A stretch of DNA of 64,000 nucleotides from Oopsacas minuta. Taxonomy: Eukaryota; Animalia; Porifera. A model generated the notes under the pieces. It had not been told where the DNA came from, did no database searches, and was given only the letters and a program-made list of their open reading frames with translations. The position numbers and the translations under genes were made by a program. This document shows positions 34,131 through 47,131 of this stretch, one piece after another (position 1 is the stretch's first letter; each line of letters opens with the position of its first letter). The stretch lies in contig JAKMXF010000015.1 in the NCBI GenBank assembly GCA_024704765.1, positions 1 to 64,000 on the forward strand, read 5' to 3'.

Positions 34131-37100
34131 ATCTAATGCGTAAACTCGAAAATTTATTATACTTACAGGCTCTGAAGTAATTAGCAGAAGCTCCCATAGT
34201 AGCGAATGCTGGAGATGTTTGCTAGAAAATTGGAAGACTCTGGTTAATCAGTGCATGCAATAATTATAGAAAATATCAAAAATGTATCGGAAAAATATAT
34301 GAAATATCATAATAACAATTCACAAATTTTCGGTAAATTTTCGTAGTTACCCATATTTCTATTTTCAGGAATTTGATTTATAATAGGAAGAGAACACATA
34401 TTTTCGTATCAGAAATTCTAATTAACCAATGTGGATATTAAATAATAGTATAACTCGGATAAGATGTATCCCCCTTGAGAAACGAAAATTAGTATAGTAC
34501 GTCATGGCCGATTACTCTTCCTGTGCAATTAATACAAGAATTGATGATACTTTTTGGAGAAAACTTTGATTATCTTCTACATTCATTTGTTAACAGTACT
34601 ACTTACCCCATTCTCATCATAAAATAGAATATAATAACTGAGTTCGTATGTAAGATCAGATTGCAGTGGATGATTCACATAGATATTCCCGTTAATTTCA
34701 GTTTCTGTATTATCTCCTACCAGGAATAGAAAATAAGATTCATCTTCACTGAAATAAGTGTTATCTAATACTGCTTGTATTTTAATATCTGATATCCCAG
34801 TCATAGAGAATACATCTAGTATAGATGAGGTGATTAGACTGTAAGCTTGTTGTATTGAGAGTGTAGTGAATACTAGAGGAGAGTTAGTGTCAGATATTAT
34901 GTAGATTAGCCTGAAGGAGAAACAGAGTGATAATACTATTCATATGTACATATATACAGTTAACTCGAACACTTAGGGGAATTAATATCTGTTCGAGACT
35001 TCGAGTTAACGGAAGTACTAAAGTACATTGAAGCAATTTTAGTGATAGCCCAAATGAAAATTATCCTTTCTCTGGTCCGGTTCTCCAACCTTTGATAATT
35101 AGGGACTATTTATCGTAATTAACCACTGATTTCCCCACCAAATACTAGATTTTCAGATTCGTCACCCACAATCGTAAATTTAGATCTAGGAATTTAGTTA
35201 TTACATGCAAGCAGGTGTATGTTTAACTTTTCTTATTACGTAATCAGATTGTAGATATTGCTTTATCGTGCGGGGGCGCGGGGACGTACGAACTCTATAT
35301 GAGTGGCAAGCTGCAATAATATTTAATATTTAAACTTGGCGGTTAGTATGTGTTTGTGTGTAGTAATTACTTACGCAATATTGGCAGTTGGGAATAATCC
35401 TTGTGAAGGAATTCTTAACTCATATCTTCCACCAGTCTCAGTTGATGGAGGAGGAGTAACAGGTAGAGGCCTGTCTGTACTTTCTGGAGCTAAATGGAAT
35501 AAATAATATCAATTATTTTACATTTGAAACTGTTGAACAAGTTATCTAATAACTTATCCAAAAGAATGCAGATTTAATAATGTTCATAAATTATCATAAT
35601 AGATCGATATCACCTTTACTCACCAGTAGGAAAGGTAGTTTCCCAAATTTCATTAGATATCGGTCCCTCACCGATCTCGTTTACAACAGCAAGAGCAAAT
35701 GAATAGTTAGTATTTGGATATAAATTTGATAAGATAAACGTGTAAGGTCCTAGCGTGTTGACAGGAAATTCCATTAGAGTATCAGGTTGTCCTATCTTTG
35801 CATAGTATAGATTGTATGACATTAAATAGACATTGATTGTAGTTAGATTCTTGTCCCAGGAATAGGAAATAGCAGAGGAAGAGATAGTAGAAGATTGGAT
35901 GTTTATTGGGGGACTGTTAGGTACTGAAGAATAGATGTTAATTGTTGGAAGATTATTTTAATAATTACAAGTTTACAACACATTCCCTGTAATAATTTTG
36001 AATGAAGCTTTGAGTTCATTCATGAAATTAGGCGAGTTAATTGTAATCTGTTAGCCATGGCCTTAGAATATCCGCGTATGATGTGTGCATATTAATCGTT
36101 TTATACTCTGAAGAACCTTCAAATTTTATTAGCATCTTAATCCACCCTCTCTTAGCTTATTAATTCATAAAAAATTGGGGTAAGATTTCTGAATTTTCAT
36201 AATTTGAAACACAAACAAAGGATTAGATAAAATAGCTTAAATAGATTCTTAACCTATTCATCTGTAAAATATTCCAGTTTTAACAAGATGTAATGACAGT
36301 TGAGATGTCATGACAGTTGAGATGTCAACATTTGAATTTCCGTAATTAATTGTGTAGTTCATGTATTAGTCAATTTTTGCACTACTATGTATAATTACTT
36401 ACAATCACTGTCTAGAGGATTAATCTGTAATTGAACTGCAGCAGTAGTACCCATAAGATTGTTAGCAGAGACATTAACAAAGTATTCAAAATGTGGCTGT
36501 AGCCCTGTCAACATAAACTCATTTCCTGGTCCCGTAATGACAGTAATAATATCTGTTGTACTAATAATAGTTATTTCTCTTCTCGTTATTTGTGTTAAGA
36601 ACACATTGCCTGGTGTTAAGAATCCTTGTAGAGTAATTGTAAAGCCGGTTAGTTCTCCACCAAGGAATTCAATGGATACATCAGGTAAGATTATGGTGAA
36701 ACTAGCTGATGTCTGTGAGAGGACACTGGTCTCGTTGACCTGAAATGGTATTGCATTAGGTGGACCTGTGAGAAAGAATTTATGTTAATTATCTGGAGAA
36801 AATTTTCTTGCTATTATTTATCAAGTTTTAGGAATTTACGATTAAGTCAATGCAAATATTCTCAAGCACAAACTTACTAACAACAGGTGTTATTACCATT
36901 ATAACATCTTCACTGGGTAACCCTGCTCCTATTGAACTTACAGCAGTCACAGTGATGTTATATAAAACTCCCTCTTCTAACCCAGTGAATGCCTTTGCAT
37001 ACAATACGTTGCTAGGGATTGGATAGGTACTGTCATCAAGATATATTATTCTATCATCCACAGAAAGCTCAGTGTTTGTAGCATTGAATGTTATTATGAA

Positions 37101-38504
37101 ACTGAGGATAATTCCGTTCTGTTCTATCTCAATGGGAGCTCTCTATGATACTCCAATCTCTGTTCCACTCAATGCATTAGCTCCCACAAGTATTGGCGGA
37201 CCAGGTACTATATGTCTATTATAATTAAAGTTATTATTCAATATCAATTGTTGCCTGGTTGTAGGTCTGTTAATTCGTTGTCATGAAAAGTATTTATGGT
37301 ATGTTATTTGAATTAGAATGTCTCGATCCGTTTAACATATCTATTTACAATGTTAGTTTAATTCAAGAATTTATTCAGAGTTCAATAATATTAGAGAAAA
37401 TATCAAATATGCTAAATCCGATTTCTAACTTTTGAATTAATAATTTTAAATGTACTTGTTTGTTTTTATAAAAATTAGTATACAAATACTTGAAATCTCA
37501 AAAATACTTAGAGACTTGCTCTTAATGGCTGCAATGGTGTAACAAAGTATCTATCAAATTTCATTATTTTAACAATGAAATATATGCATATGATATTTTT
37601 CGATTTATCCGCATGAATCCGTCAGTTGCCAATTGTTTTGCTTTCAACTTACATGCTTCATCTGTTAGCACGGTTATATTCTCAGTGAAAGGACTTACTC
37701 CCTATTCCATTGACAGCAGCAACCTGAATAAGATACAAATCGTATTCTTCCAGATTCTGTAGATAAACTATTGTAGTATATATCAGAGGATATTCTACAG
37801 GATATACTTCTATTAGGCTATATTGAGTTTCTCTTTGGGATCGTACTGCTTGATAGGTTACATTGAAAACAAGATTGGACCGTTTTGATCTATTAGTGAT
37901 GGTTCGTCAAATTCTAACATAATTGTAGTTGAGTTTATAGCTAATCCTGTGAAATTTTGTGGTGCTGATGTAGGAGCTAAATGAGTAGGAATATTATTAT
38001 ACCTCCTACTATCAAATTGAATTAGTGTGATTTTGGTAAATGTCCACATAGTGAAGTAAATGCACAAATGGAACAGTACACACATTTTATCAACTAGTCG
38101 ATAAAAATCCTTCTACTCATCCCAATATCGCTTCAAAATACACCAACCAGCAACCACCTGGGAGGATCTGGACATCTCTAGATTTGGAGGCGGAAACTGC
38201 ATTTATGGGAAATTTACATAGAGGTTATGTAACAGCAATTTCTCATGGTGGACCCACCCGCCAGGTTTGAATTAGTTTCCTAAAACTTGGCGCAAATTAC
38301 CTCAATGATCTGTTTGGTTGGAGAGGATTATATCTGTGTGCCAATATACCTCATATATTAATCTCTGATATATTGCAACCAGAAATTTATAGTATAACAA
38401 TTGACAAATTCTTGTAATTTTGAGGTTAACAACACTTCAGCTCAATTTATATTAGCTAAATTTAGGTTAGTAGCTGTAATAATAATATAATTATTATACT
38501 TATA

Positions 38505-38827
38505 GAGTGGATACCGGTTATAAGAACATCGTCGGGAACTGGACATGTTGTTCTTATAACCGGTTTGTAGTATATAGTGAAAACACTTCATTTAAACATA
38601 TTTGGATGTAGGAACCTACCATATATAGAAAATGGTTATCATATCTACTGAATAATTTATTCCGATTCTACAAACACACCGTATTATGAACCAATTTTGC
38701 TACTACTCTAAGAGTGTTCTTATAACCGGCATAATTATATTTGGGTATTTGGTAACCGTTTTCAAGTACAATGTTCCTATACCCAGCATGTTCTTATAAC
38801 CTGTGTTCTTATATCCGACATCTACTG
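38505..38827. mobile_element. pogo/Tigger-type MITE (intronic)
   Basis: GAGTGGATACCGGTTATAAGAACA ... TGTTCTTATATCCGACATCTACTG; repeated GTTCTTATAACC motifs. Confidence 0.65.
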
Positions 38828-39890
38828 CATTATCAATATATTATTCAATATCTTACCTGTTTGCAATGTTCTAATGACAATTTCTGAACTCAGCGGTCCC
38901 TCCATACCAGAATTAATTGCTCTTATAGAGATAGCATAATTGTGTAGTTGTGTCTGAGAAAGCTGTTACATTCCTTGGTGACATGTCTGGTGCTATAGAA
39001 TGTAGAGATATGCTTATAATTTCATTCTTATCATAAAATTATTGTAAGTAGACCCCGCTTAATAACGGTGATCTTCCCAAAGTACGAATAATATTATGGT
39101 AATAACATATCGACAAGACATAGATTTATTCAAATTATACCTTAGATAAGTAATTGGCAGCCCAGAATATGTTTACTTCTGGACCAGGTCATTTTGAATA
39201 GATTAAATGAATTCATTCTACTTACCTGCTGGTAAGGTTTCTTGAGTCAGTTCATTGGTATAAGGGCCAATTCCTTCAGAATTAACTGCAGCTACGCTAA
39301 ATGTATAATTATTGAATTCTTCAGGTCCACTCAGTAGATAAGTAACAGTATCTGTTGCTGGGTAATCCGTTGTAATGTTTGAAACATTAATGAACTCATT
39401 CATAGAAGGAAATGGATTTCCTACCACTTGTATTATATATGAAGTTATAAGTCCATTTTGTGCTTCAGTAAGAGGAGGTAGCCAACCAAGAAGAATCCTG
39501 GTTTCCTCGAAAAATTCCACTATTAAAATCTGTGGAGGTTGATCAGGAGCTAAATTGAAATAATAAATAATACATGGAAGTTTTAAATAATGATGTACCC
39601 TGGTTAATAGGTAGCGATTATTAATTTCAAACCTCCTAGAGAGGGAAGTTGCGATTATTGTAAACACTACGTTAATTTCTATATAATCATACTTATGTGT
39701 TACATTATGTGTATTTATCCAACAAACAGTAGCTAAATTAAAATACAGGGGAATGACTCATTATAAGCAGTTATTATTAGTAGGAGAAGGCCTTATTCGA
39801 GGTAATAGGGTACATAATATAGCTGGTATTGATGCCAACCAATCTGTTGTCCTTATAGCACTGACAGGTTTTCGTTATGACTATCCTTTA

Positions 39891-40081
39891 CATACTTTCC
39901 AACCTGGGTGAAGGAAAAAGCGAGCAGAAAGTAGTGATTTAGCAGGACATCGCGGGACATTGCATATTTGCATTAGACTGTACTACAAAAATGCCAGAAA
40001 ATAAAGATTTTGCCAAGTTTTGGCGGGATTTTGGTCAGAAAAGCGGGACGTCCCGCCAAAACCTGACAGTTGGCAAGTATG
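39891..40081. mobile_element. CATAC-TIR MITE (191 bp, intronic)
   Basis: CATACTTTCCAAC ... GTTGGCAAGTATG, 13-bp TIR with 1 mismatch; internal GCGGGAC repeats. Confidence 0.75.
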
Positions 40082-41246
40082 TTCTAATATCAGGTTAGAG
40101 AAGGATGTAACATGGACAACTCGTATAACCTCTTGGGACTAGAAAAACAATCGCTGTATTCATTTAGAAGTTAATTTGAGCTTATTGCTTTAGTGAAAAT
40201 GGTGACTGGATCGTTGTAATATCATACACCTCAAGTGACAAGAATTGCAGCAAAAAATTGAGTTACGATATTTTTATATTTCGAATATTTCGTGCTTATT
40301 GTGTGAAATATTGATTCTTTCTAGTGAAGTACTGTAGTAGTGTTTCTAGTAAGTTATGATTAATGTATGACTATATTCTACAGTAAACCTACATACACGA
40401 TACATGATACAACAAATACATGCAGCAACCTGTTGCTTGAAAAAATTTTGGAATTAGAGGGAAATTTGTTGCAGACAGCATTGTTATACCGTGTACATGT
40501 ATGGTAAGAGTTGCATCAAACAAAGTTGCATCATGTATGCTGGCCTAAATATACAATAAGTATGATGACAAGTATTGGAGAGTAATGTAGGGGTCTATAA
40601 CTCTAAGTCATATATCAAACATGTATACAAAGCAATAAAAATTTCAACTCACCAGTTGGCTGAGTTTCTATGTACATCGGCTCACTCTCCATTCCTACTC
40701 CAATAGAATTTACAGCACTAATAACAAATGTGTAATTGTTATACGCTTCTAAGATTACATAATAGATACTGTTTTCTTGGTTTGGACTAGCCATTACCTC
40801 TTCTACTGTTAGATTTGTGTCAATTGGATTTCCATAATATGTAATATTGTATGAGAGGATGATATCATTACGTTCTATAGCTAGTGGGGGGAACCAGTCT
40901 ATAGGTATTGTATTATCTGATAGTGTTAGAATAGTGATGTTGGTTGGAGGTCCACTTGCCACTGAAATACAAGATTTAGATAAAATAAAATTCCTGTTAT
41001 ATCGAACTCATGGGACCGCAATATTTCTTCAATAAAATTGGAATTCGACATAGACGATGCCCCAAATATTGGAAATGTGGGAGTACTCGTAATTGAAGCT
41101 AAAAGAAAATAACGAATGGTGATTGCTATGTATATGTTATTTGCATTATAATCACAATCTTTGATTTATGAACGATGCTCAAATTTGCAAAAATACAAAT
41201 AAAATATTTCCGGATGGGGAACCGATTTTGGACAGGTGGGTATAAG

Positions 41247-41581
41247 CAGTGTTCCCCCTAAGCGTTTTGTTGACCGACCGGCTTGCCGCCCAAAACGCCA
41301 ATTTGGCATTCCGCCAGCCGGTCAATTCGGATCTGCAGTCGATCAAAATACATTGAGTAGATATTATTAGTATAGGCATAGGCTTAACAGCTATTAATAT
41401 AATCATATACGATTTGAATTCAGCGATTTTCCACAATATCAATGTTGGGTTTCATTTGTATGTTCTGAAAAGTGTCGTAATCTCCAGCAGGAACTTTGCC
41501 GGAATTAGATGTTTTCGGCCGATAAAACAGGCCATGAGGCCGACCAAATGTGACCCATAACTTGGCTTAGGGGGAACACTG
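41247..41581. mobile_element. hAT-type MITE (335 bp)
   Basis: CAGTGTTCCCCCTAAGC ... GCTTAGGGGGAACACTG perfect 17-bp TIR; 8-bp flanks GGTATAAG / GGTATGAG. Confidence 0.88.
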
Positions 41582-42863
41582 GGTATGAGAAACAATTATG
41601 TATATTACTTTACACGGCCTAAACTCCTAATTTAAATCCTTGAATATTAACCTACTTATTCAATACTAAAGAAAATAAGAAAGTAAAAATAACAAATACG
41701 ATTCATAAAACATAGAGTTCTAGCTACCTATCGAATGCAATATTACAAACTGAGGTGGGAGGGCCTCGTCCCTAGTAAGTTAGAGAAATATAAATTTATA
41801 TAGAATAAAACTATATACTCACAAGATGATGGAATTATTGTTGTAGTTATCTGAAGACGAATCTATGGAAAAATGCGAGTAATATTGTTATTAATTTTAA
41901 ACATATATAATAATCTTACCAGGCAAAGCAAAAGTTGAAGAAGTATAACGTTGTTCCCCATATTTCCAGATTTTTCCCTCTCAATCAATGCAAACTGTAT
42001 TTATAGAAGTGAATCAATTCATTTTGTTTGTAAATTTTAAATTTGGTTTAATCAAATGCCTAAAGTCAATTTGATTAATTTTTGTAATGAAAGCGCTAAT
42101 CTATAAAATTTATAATATTAATTATGATATATTTAATATTAACTGTTATTTGATGATAATTTATTACTAATTTAGATTGTCTGAGTAATTTAATATAATA
42201 TTTTATACTTTGTGCTCCGCTATAGTGTTGCAGTAGTCCAGTTCGGTTTTAATTTTTCCTAGCATATTTCATGTGGGTAAAGGCTCATTGAATGTATTGC
42301 AAGATGTCTAAATGATATTGAAATTGTGTGGCCATGTCACAGAGTATTCCTTGTAAATGACAATTAATGGATTTAGAGGAGTAGGGACTTTATAGATAGG
42401 AACATTCTTGATGATAATATGTCGGTTCAGTCCACAAATTGTAGCAAACTGCGATAGTAGTAACATTATTCGGTCATAGGATTCATTTTGTAAATTCCGA
42501 AATCACTAAGTTAGCATCTAATTATAATTGAACACTTATTCAAAGGATGGTAAGACTTACAATCAAAGGCTACTTCTTTACAATTCATGTCAAAATATCT
42601 CAAAATGTATTAACAAAAGCAAATGAACTATTATATTATCAGTGAATAGGAAGTTGACTATGGCGGAACTACTGGTATAAAGTTTAGAGTCATAGGACTC
42701 ATAGTTTTTAACAAACAGAAACATATTTCCTTAGCGACACAGGAATATGTACACTCCATTCATACCAACCATTTTTTTCAAATAAATATTTCTCCATTAT
42801 CATTATATACAACTGTCAAGCATTAAAAACACTGACACCATGGTTTAAACACAGCTTGAAAAA

Positions 42864-42896
42864 GCGCTTCGCACCTAGCAAGCGAAGTGCACTAGT
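42864..42896 (+). mobile_element. Helitron-like 3' end
   Basis: Hairpin GCGCTTCGC-acctagcaa-GCGAAGTGC followed by aCTAG|T. Confidence 0.55.
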
Positions 42897-43132
42897 CTTT
42901 ATTAAAATTTTTGTTTTTTAGTTTTTGTCTGAGCTAATTGAGGTACTGGTAAAAGCTATAAACTTGAAAGTTGACATGTATGTGTAATATGGTCCGAACA
43001 TGTATGAAGTTTAAGATCAATATTTGTATGCATATTTGTGCTATATGTGAGAATTTGAATGACTGATTTTCATTAGTTAGAAATCGAATGTATATAGAGC
43101 TATAGTAAATGTGAGTTGATGCAGAAGTAGTA

Positions 43133-44446
43133 CAGGGCGGCTTTTAAGTTCTGTCCCATGATTTATAAGAACCATTTTTCCATGCTGAGTCTTTGCTATT
43201 AGATATATCTTATTAGTTTACCTTATTATACTGTATTTAACATAAATATACAGTTTCAGAGTACAATTGTAGAGAAATTTCAATTTTATTAGTGATGGAA
43301 CGTGAGAGGTCGGCAATTGTAGAATTATTTACAAAAGGACATCCTTCAAGGGAAATTTTGAAGATCCTGAAACTCCCTCTAAACAGAAGGAAATTTGTAT
43401 ACCGCACTATTAGGCGATACAAGGATACTGGAAAAGTTGAAGATATGGCAAGATCAGGCCGTCCGTGCTCAGTAACCACCCTCAGCTTAGGGAAAGTCAT
43501 CGCCCAGCGAATTCGCCGAAATCCTAGACGTTCCATAAGGAAAATGGCTCTAGATCTGAAAGTATCAAGATGTGCAATGACTAAAATTGTGAAAAGGGAT
43601 TTAGGGATAAGTTCATTCAAGCGTAAGAAGGTACACTTCCTTTCTCAATTGGTAAAGGAAAAAAGGGTTTGCAAGATGCAAAGGTGCGTTGGGCCGGTAC
43701 GCTGTTGAAAATCTAGAAAAAATATTATTTTCAGATGAGAAAATATTCACTATCCAGGAGGCAACCAATGTACAAAATGATCGTATACTTGCATCATCTC
43801 CTTCCAAAGTCGACGAGAAGTTCAGATATGTTAGCCGAATACAGAACCCTAAGTCGGTGATGGTTTGGGCAGGGGTGTCAAAAATGGGCCGGACACCATT
43901 GGTTTTTGTACCACAAGGGGTAAAAATCAATTCAATTAATTATCGAGAAATGGTTTTGGAGCCAGTATTGAAGAATATAGGCCGAGACATGTTCGGAGGT
44001 ACATCATTTGTTTTCCATCAAGACGGGGCGCCAGCACACACTTCTAATGTTACCCAGTCATGGTTACATGACAATTTTCCTGGTTTTATAACCAAGGAAG
44101 AATGGCCTCCTTACAGTCCTGACCTGAATCCCATGGATTATTCTGTGTGGTCAATTCTCGAGACGAAAGCTTGTGTTAACTCTCACACAAGTATCAAGTC
44201 ACTGAAGAGGAAACTTTGCCAAGAGTGGAATAAAATTCCCCAAAAAACCCTCCGTGCTGCTATTGAGGCCTTGCCAGATCGAATTACACGTGTAATACAA
44301 AATGAGGGAGGCTATATTGAATAAAATTCGCGAAATATGTTTTGTCTCTGAATCATAAATTAGAGCAATAAATATCATTACCAAGCTATATATATATATT
44401 GATAAATAATAGTTTTTGCATGGGACAGAACTTAAAAGCCACCCTG
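43133..44446 (+). mobile_element. Tc1/mariner superfamily, maT (DD37D) transposon, 1314 bp; transposase 43295-44324 with one +1 frameshift near 43667
   Basis: 28-bp TIR CAGGG(C/T)GGCTTTTAAGTTCTGTCCCATG, TA duplication; ILFSDEK, FHQDGAPAH, WPPYSPDLNPMD with 37 residues between the second and third Asp. Confidence 0.95.
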
Positions 44447-46688
44447 TATTTGACTGCAGATAAGGTTAGAAAAATGTTTGGATACAGATTATAAATTTTC
44501 TAACTGAAATTAATGCTTTGTGATGTTAGAGTTGCCTAATAAGCATCAATTGGATTTCATTCCAGGTTGCATATTATCCAGTAGTCAATAGGACATAAAC
44601 TATCATGAGTAGCTTATTGAACGTTTGGAGTTCCATTTGCCGGTATCGGATAATATTGGCTTACAGTAGCTGTAAGACAATTTTATAGGATGTAAATTTC
44701 TAAACAACAGGGGAAAATCCAAAAAAAGTACTGCAATTTAAATAAGGCGCATGCATTAGCTCGACTTTCCATTTTCGACCACCTTAGCCTAATTATATAA
44801 ACCAGAAAACGTGTAAAGAAATTTATTGGTTCCCATATCATTTTGACTACAGTTATTACGTTGCATAACATCTTTCAATTGTCAATTTAGCAAGAATTTA
44901 CTGCTCCACATATGAACACATTTACCTACATTATAATATTGTCTTTTAATCTTGATATTAACAAGTTTGTGATAGTTAATATAAAGATAATATTGCTGAT
45001 GTAGATGTATAATACAAATCTATGTCAGCAATATGAAGTCAAATTGTATTGACTTCATATTGCTGATGTAGATTTGCATAAAAAGGTTAGCAACGAACAT
45101 GTAGATTTGAATGTAAAATAATAAATCAGTATATTATCAATGAAAGTACTATTATACCAGAAATTCTCAATCTCTAAACAGCTATCAAACACAATACATT
45201 TTGTTAACAAAGTTCGCCAACTTACATCAGCTGTGTAGAAAATTAAAACGTTTTATTGTTGATTATTACCTTTAATATGACTAATAGGAGTCTTTGACTG
45301 GTGGTTTTGTGATGAACTTGGCGCTTTGCCCATCGATTACAAGGTTGCCGTGGTAATCAAATATTACAACTATTCCCATAGGATTACATTGTATTATTTT
45401 CTAGATATGATTACTATTCATCATACACAAGAATTCAAATACCATTCCGTAACCTTACCTGACAACAGACGATCAAACGAATAAATAAACAACAATTGAG
45501 ATTAAATAGTATATTGTATTATATAATGTGGGATAATTAATATTATTCGTATAAATATTCACTGAACTATTTAGTGAGTCTGCCGGCCAGAGCTGTATTA
45601 ATTAATTAACTCATTTTGAGTTAGCAAAACTCTAAGTGAGTGAATATTCACAATATCTACCTATTATTGCAATATTATAATGCGAACAAAGTACAATACG
45701 TAGTATTCCAACATTTCTATATGTAGTGTTACTTTCATCTAAGAGAGTTATTCAATCTATGGTTGATGTAACTATACTATACGTCATATATTACTGTAGC
45801 TTTACAAAGTAATATATAGAAATGAATTTGTAGATTTGGGTCGTAGGAACATCTTCAAACATGATGCACACTGCATAAATCATATACAAAATTACTGAGT
45901 AAGGGATTTTGTGTCCATTTTGGAAACGAATTACAGCAAATGAAGACAATTCGTGTGTCACGTAATTATTGCATTGTATTTCTAGAAAGCACGATGACGC
46001 AAAGAGCATGACAACGGAGCAATATCATGGCCATTCTTTAAGAAGGATACTTTACACCTTCTTAAATGACGGTCATGATACAAGTTCTGATATACCGACA
46101 GTACCGTAACAAAAATATGAAAGAAGAGTCCAGACAATGGCGCGCTCCATAAAACAAGGCCTAAGGATAACCGCTAGTACACCAGAATGCAATTTCTACC
46201 ACACAGCACCTGCCAATAATACTTTCGGACCAAAAATTTCTGTTTCTTGTCAGAGAACATACTAAGATAACAAATTTGTCCAGGGCCAAACATGATCCGG
46301 CCTAGATTTCTATCAGAAATGGAGCTAATTCATACAATCTTTCTGGAAATTCGTACTAACTTGGTTCCAATTAAGAATATTCCACTGTATTAACATCGGA
46401 ATATGAATATCAGTATTCTCAATACAGTTCCCGAAAAGAGCCAATATAGTACAGCGCAGTTCCTTACTTCCCCAATTCTTGTTGTGGCTCTGAATACCGA
46501 TCAATGGATTGTGTTCAGTCTGGCCTACTCGTGGCACGGATGCTATATTCCCCATAACATATGTACAGTGAACATTCTCTAATCGGAACAAGGTATTAGT
46601 CTGAATCAATCTTAGAAAATAATCCAAAATAGTTATAAATACTTATTTTGTCCAATTGTGTCAAGAAATATAATGACAAAGCTGTCGA

Positions 46689-46718
46689 CAAGCGACCAAG
46701 CAAGCGAAGCGTGCTAGT
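46689..46718 (+). mobile_element. Helitron-like 3' end
   Basis: CAAGCGACCAAGCAAGCGAAGCGTG-CTAG|T, same family as 42864. Confidence 0.4.
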
Positions 46719-47131
46719 ACGTATAAAGAAAGAAAATATGTTGATAAAACTTTCAAAGTAAATCACCATTTTGAGGATCGTAAATATGAATGTGATCAGA
46801 TCGCACGTTTATGAATTAGGAATATAGGATCAGAACCGAGACACCTATCCTGATTTCAGCCAAGAAAGGTATCTAGATTTCTAGATAGATTCCTGAATAT
46901 TACCATTGCTTAAGACAGCATTTCCAAACACATGAGAATAAGAACGTCATGTTAAGCATCTTAGAATAACTATATAAAGAGGTATTGCACAAAGAATGAA
47001 CTAACAATTTCAATAATATATACATAAGGTCAGTTAGCAAAATTATACAGAAACTATAGTATTTTGTATAAATAAGATTTGGAAAATTGAAGTTTATTAA
47101 GAATATTTCGCTTGTATCAAACTAAATTCAA

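Larger units (their letters stand above)
33229..41990 (-). pseudogene. Multi-exon FN3-repeat type I membrane receptor with short Tyr-containing tail; disrupted
   Basis: Exons with phase-1 junctions near 41920-41990, 40650-40942, 39227-39550, 38857-38992, 37652-37980, 36870-37210, 36400-36770, 35620-35930, 35370-35490, 34600-34910 and 33229-33540 (TM + tail). Lesions: TAG at the FN3 Trp (37143-37145), frameshift near 37870, out-of-frame internal deletion in exon 38857-38992. 5' end not defined. Confidence 0.7.
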
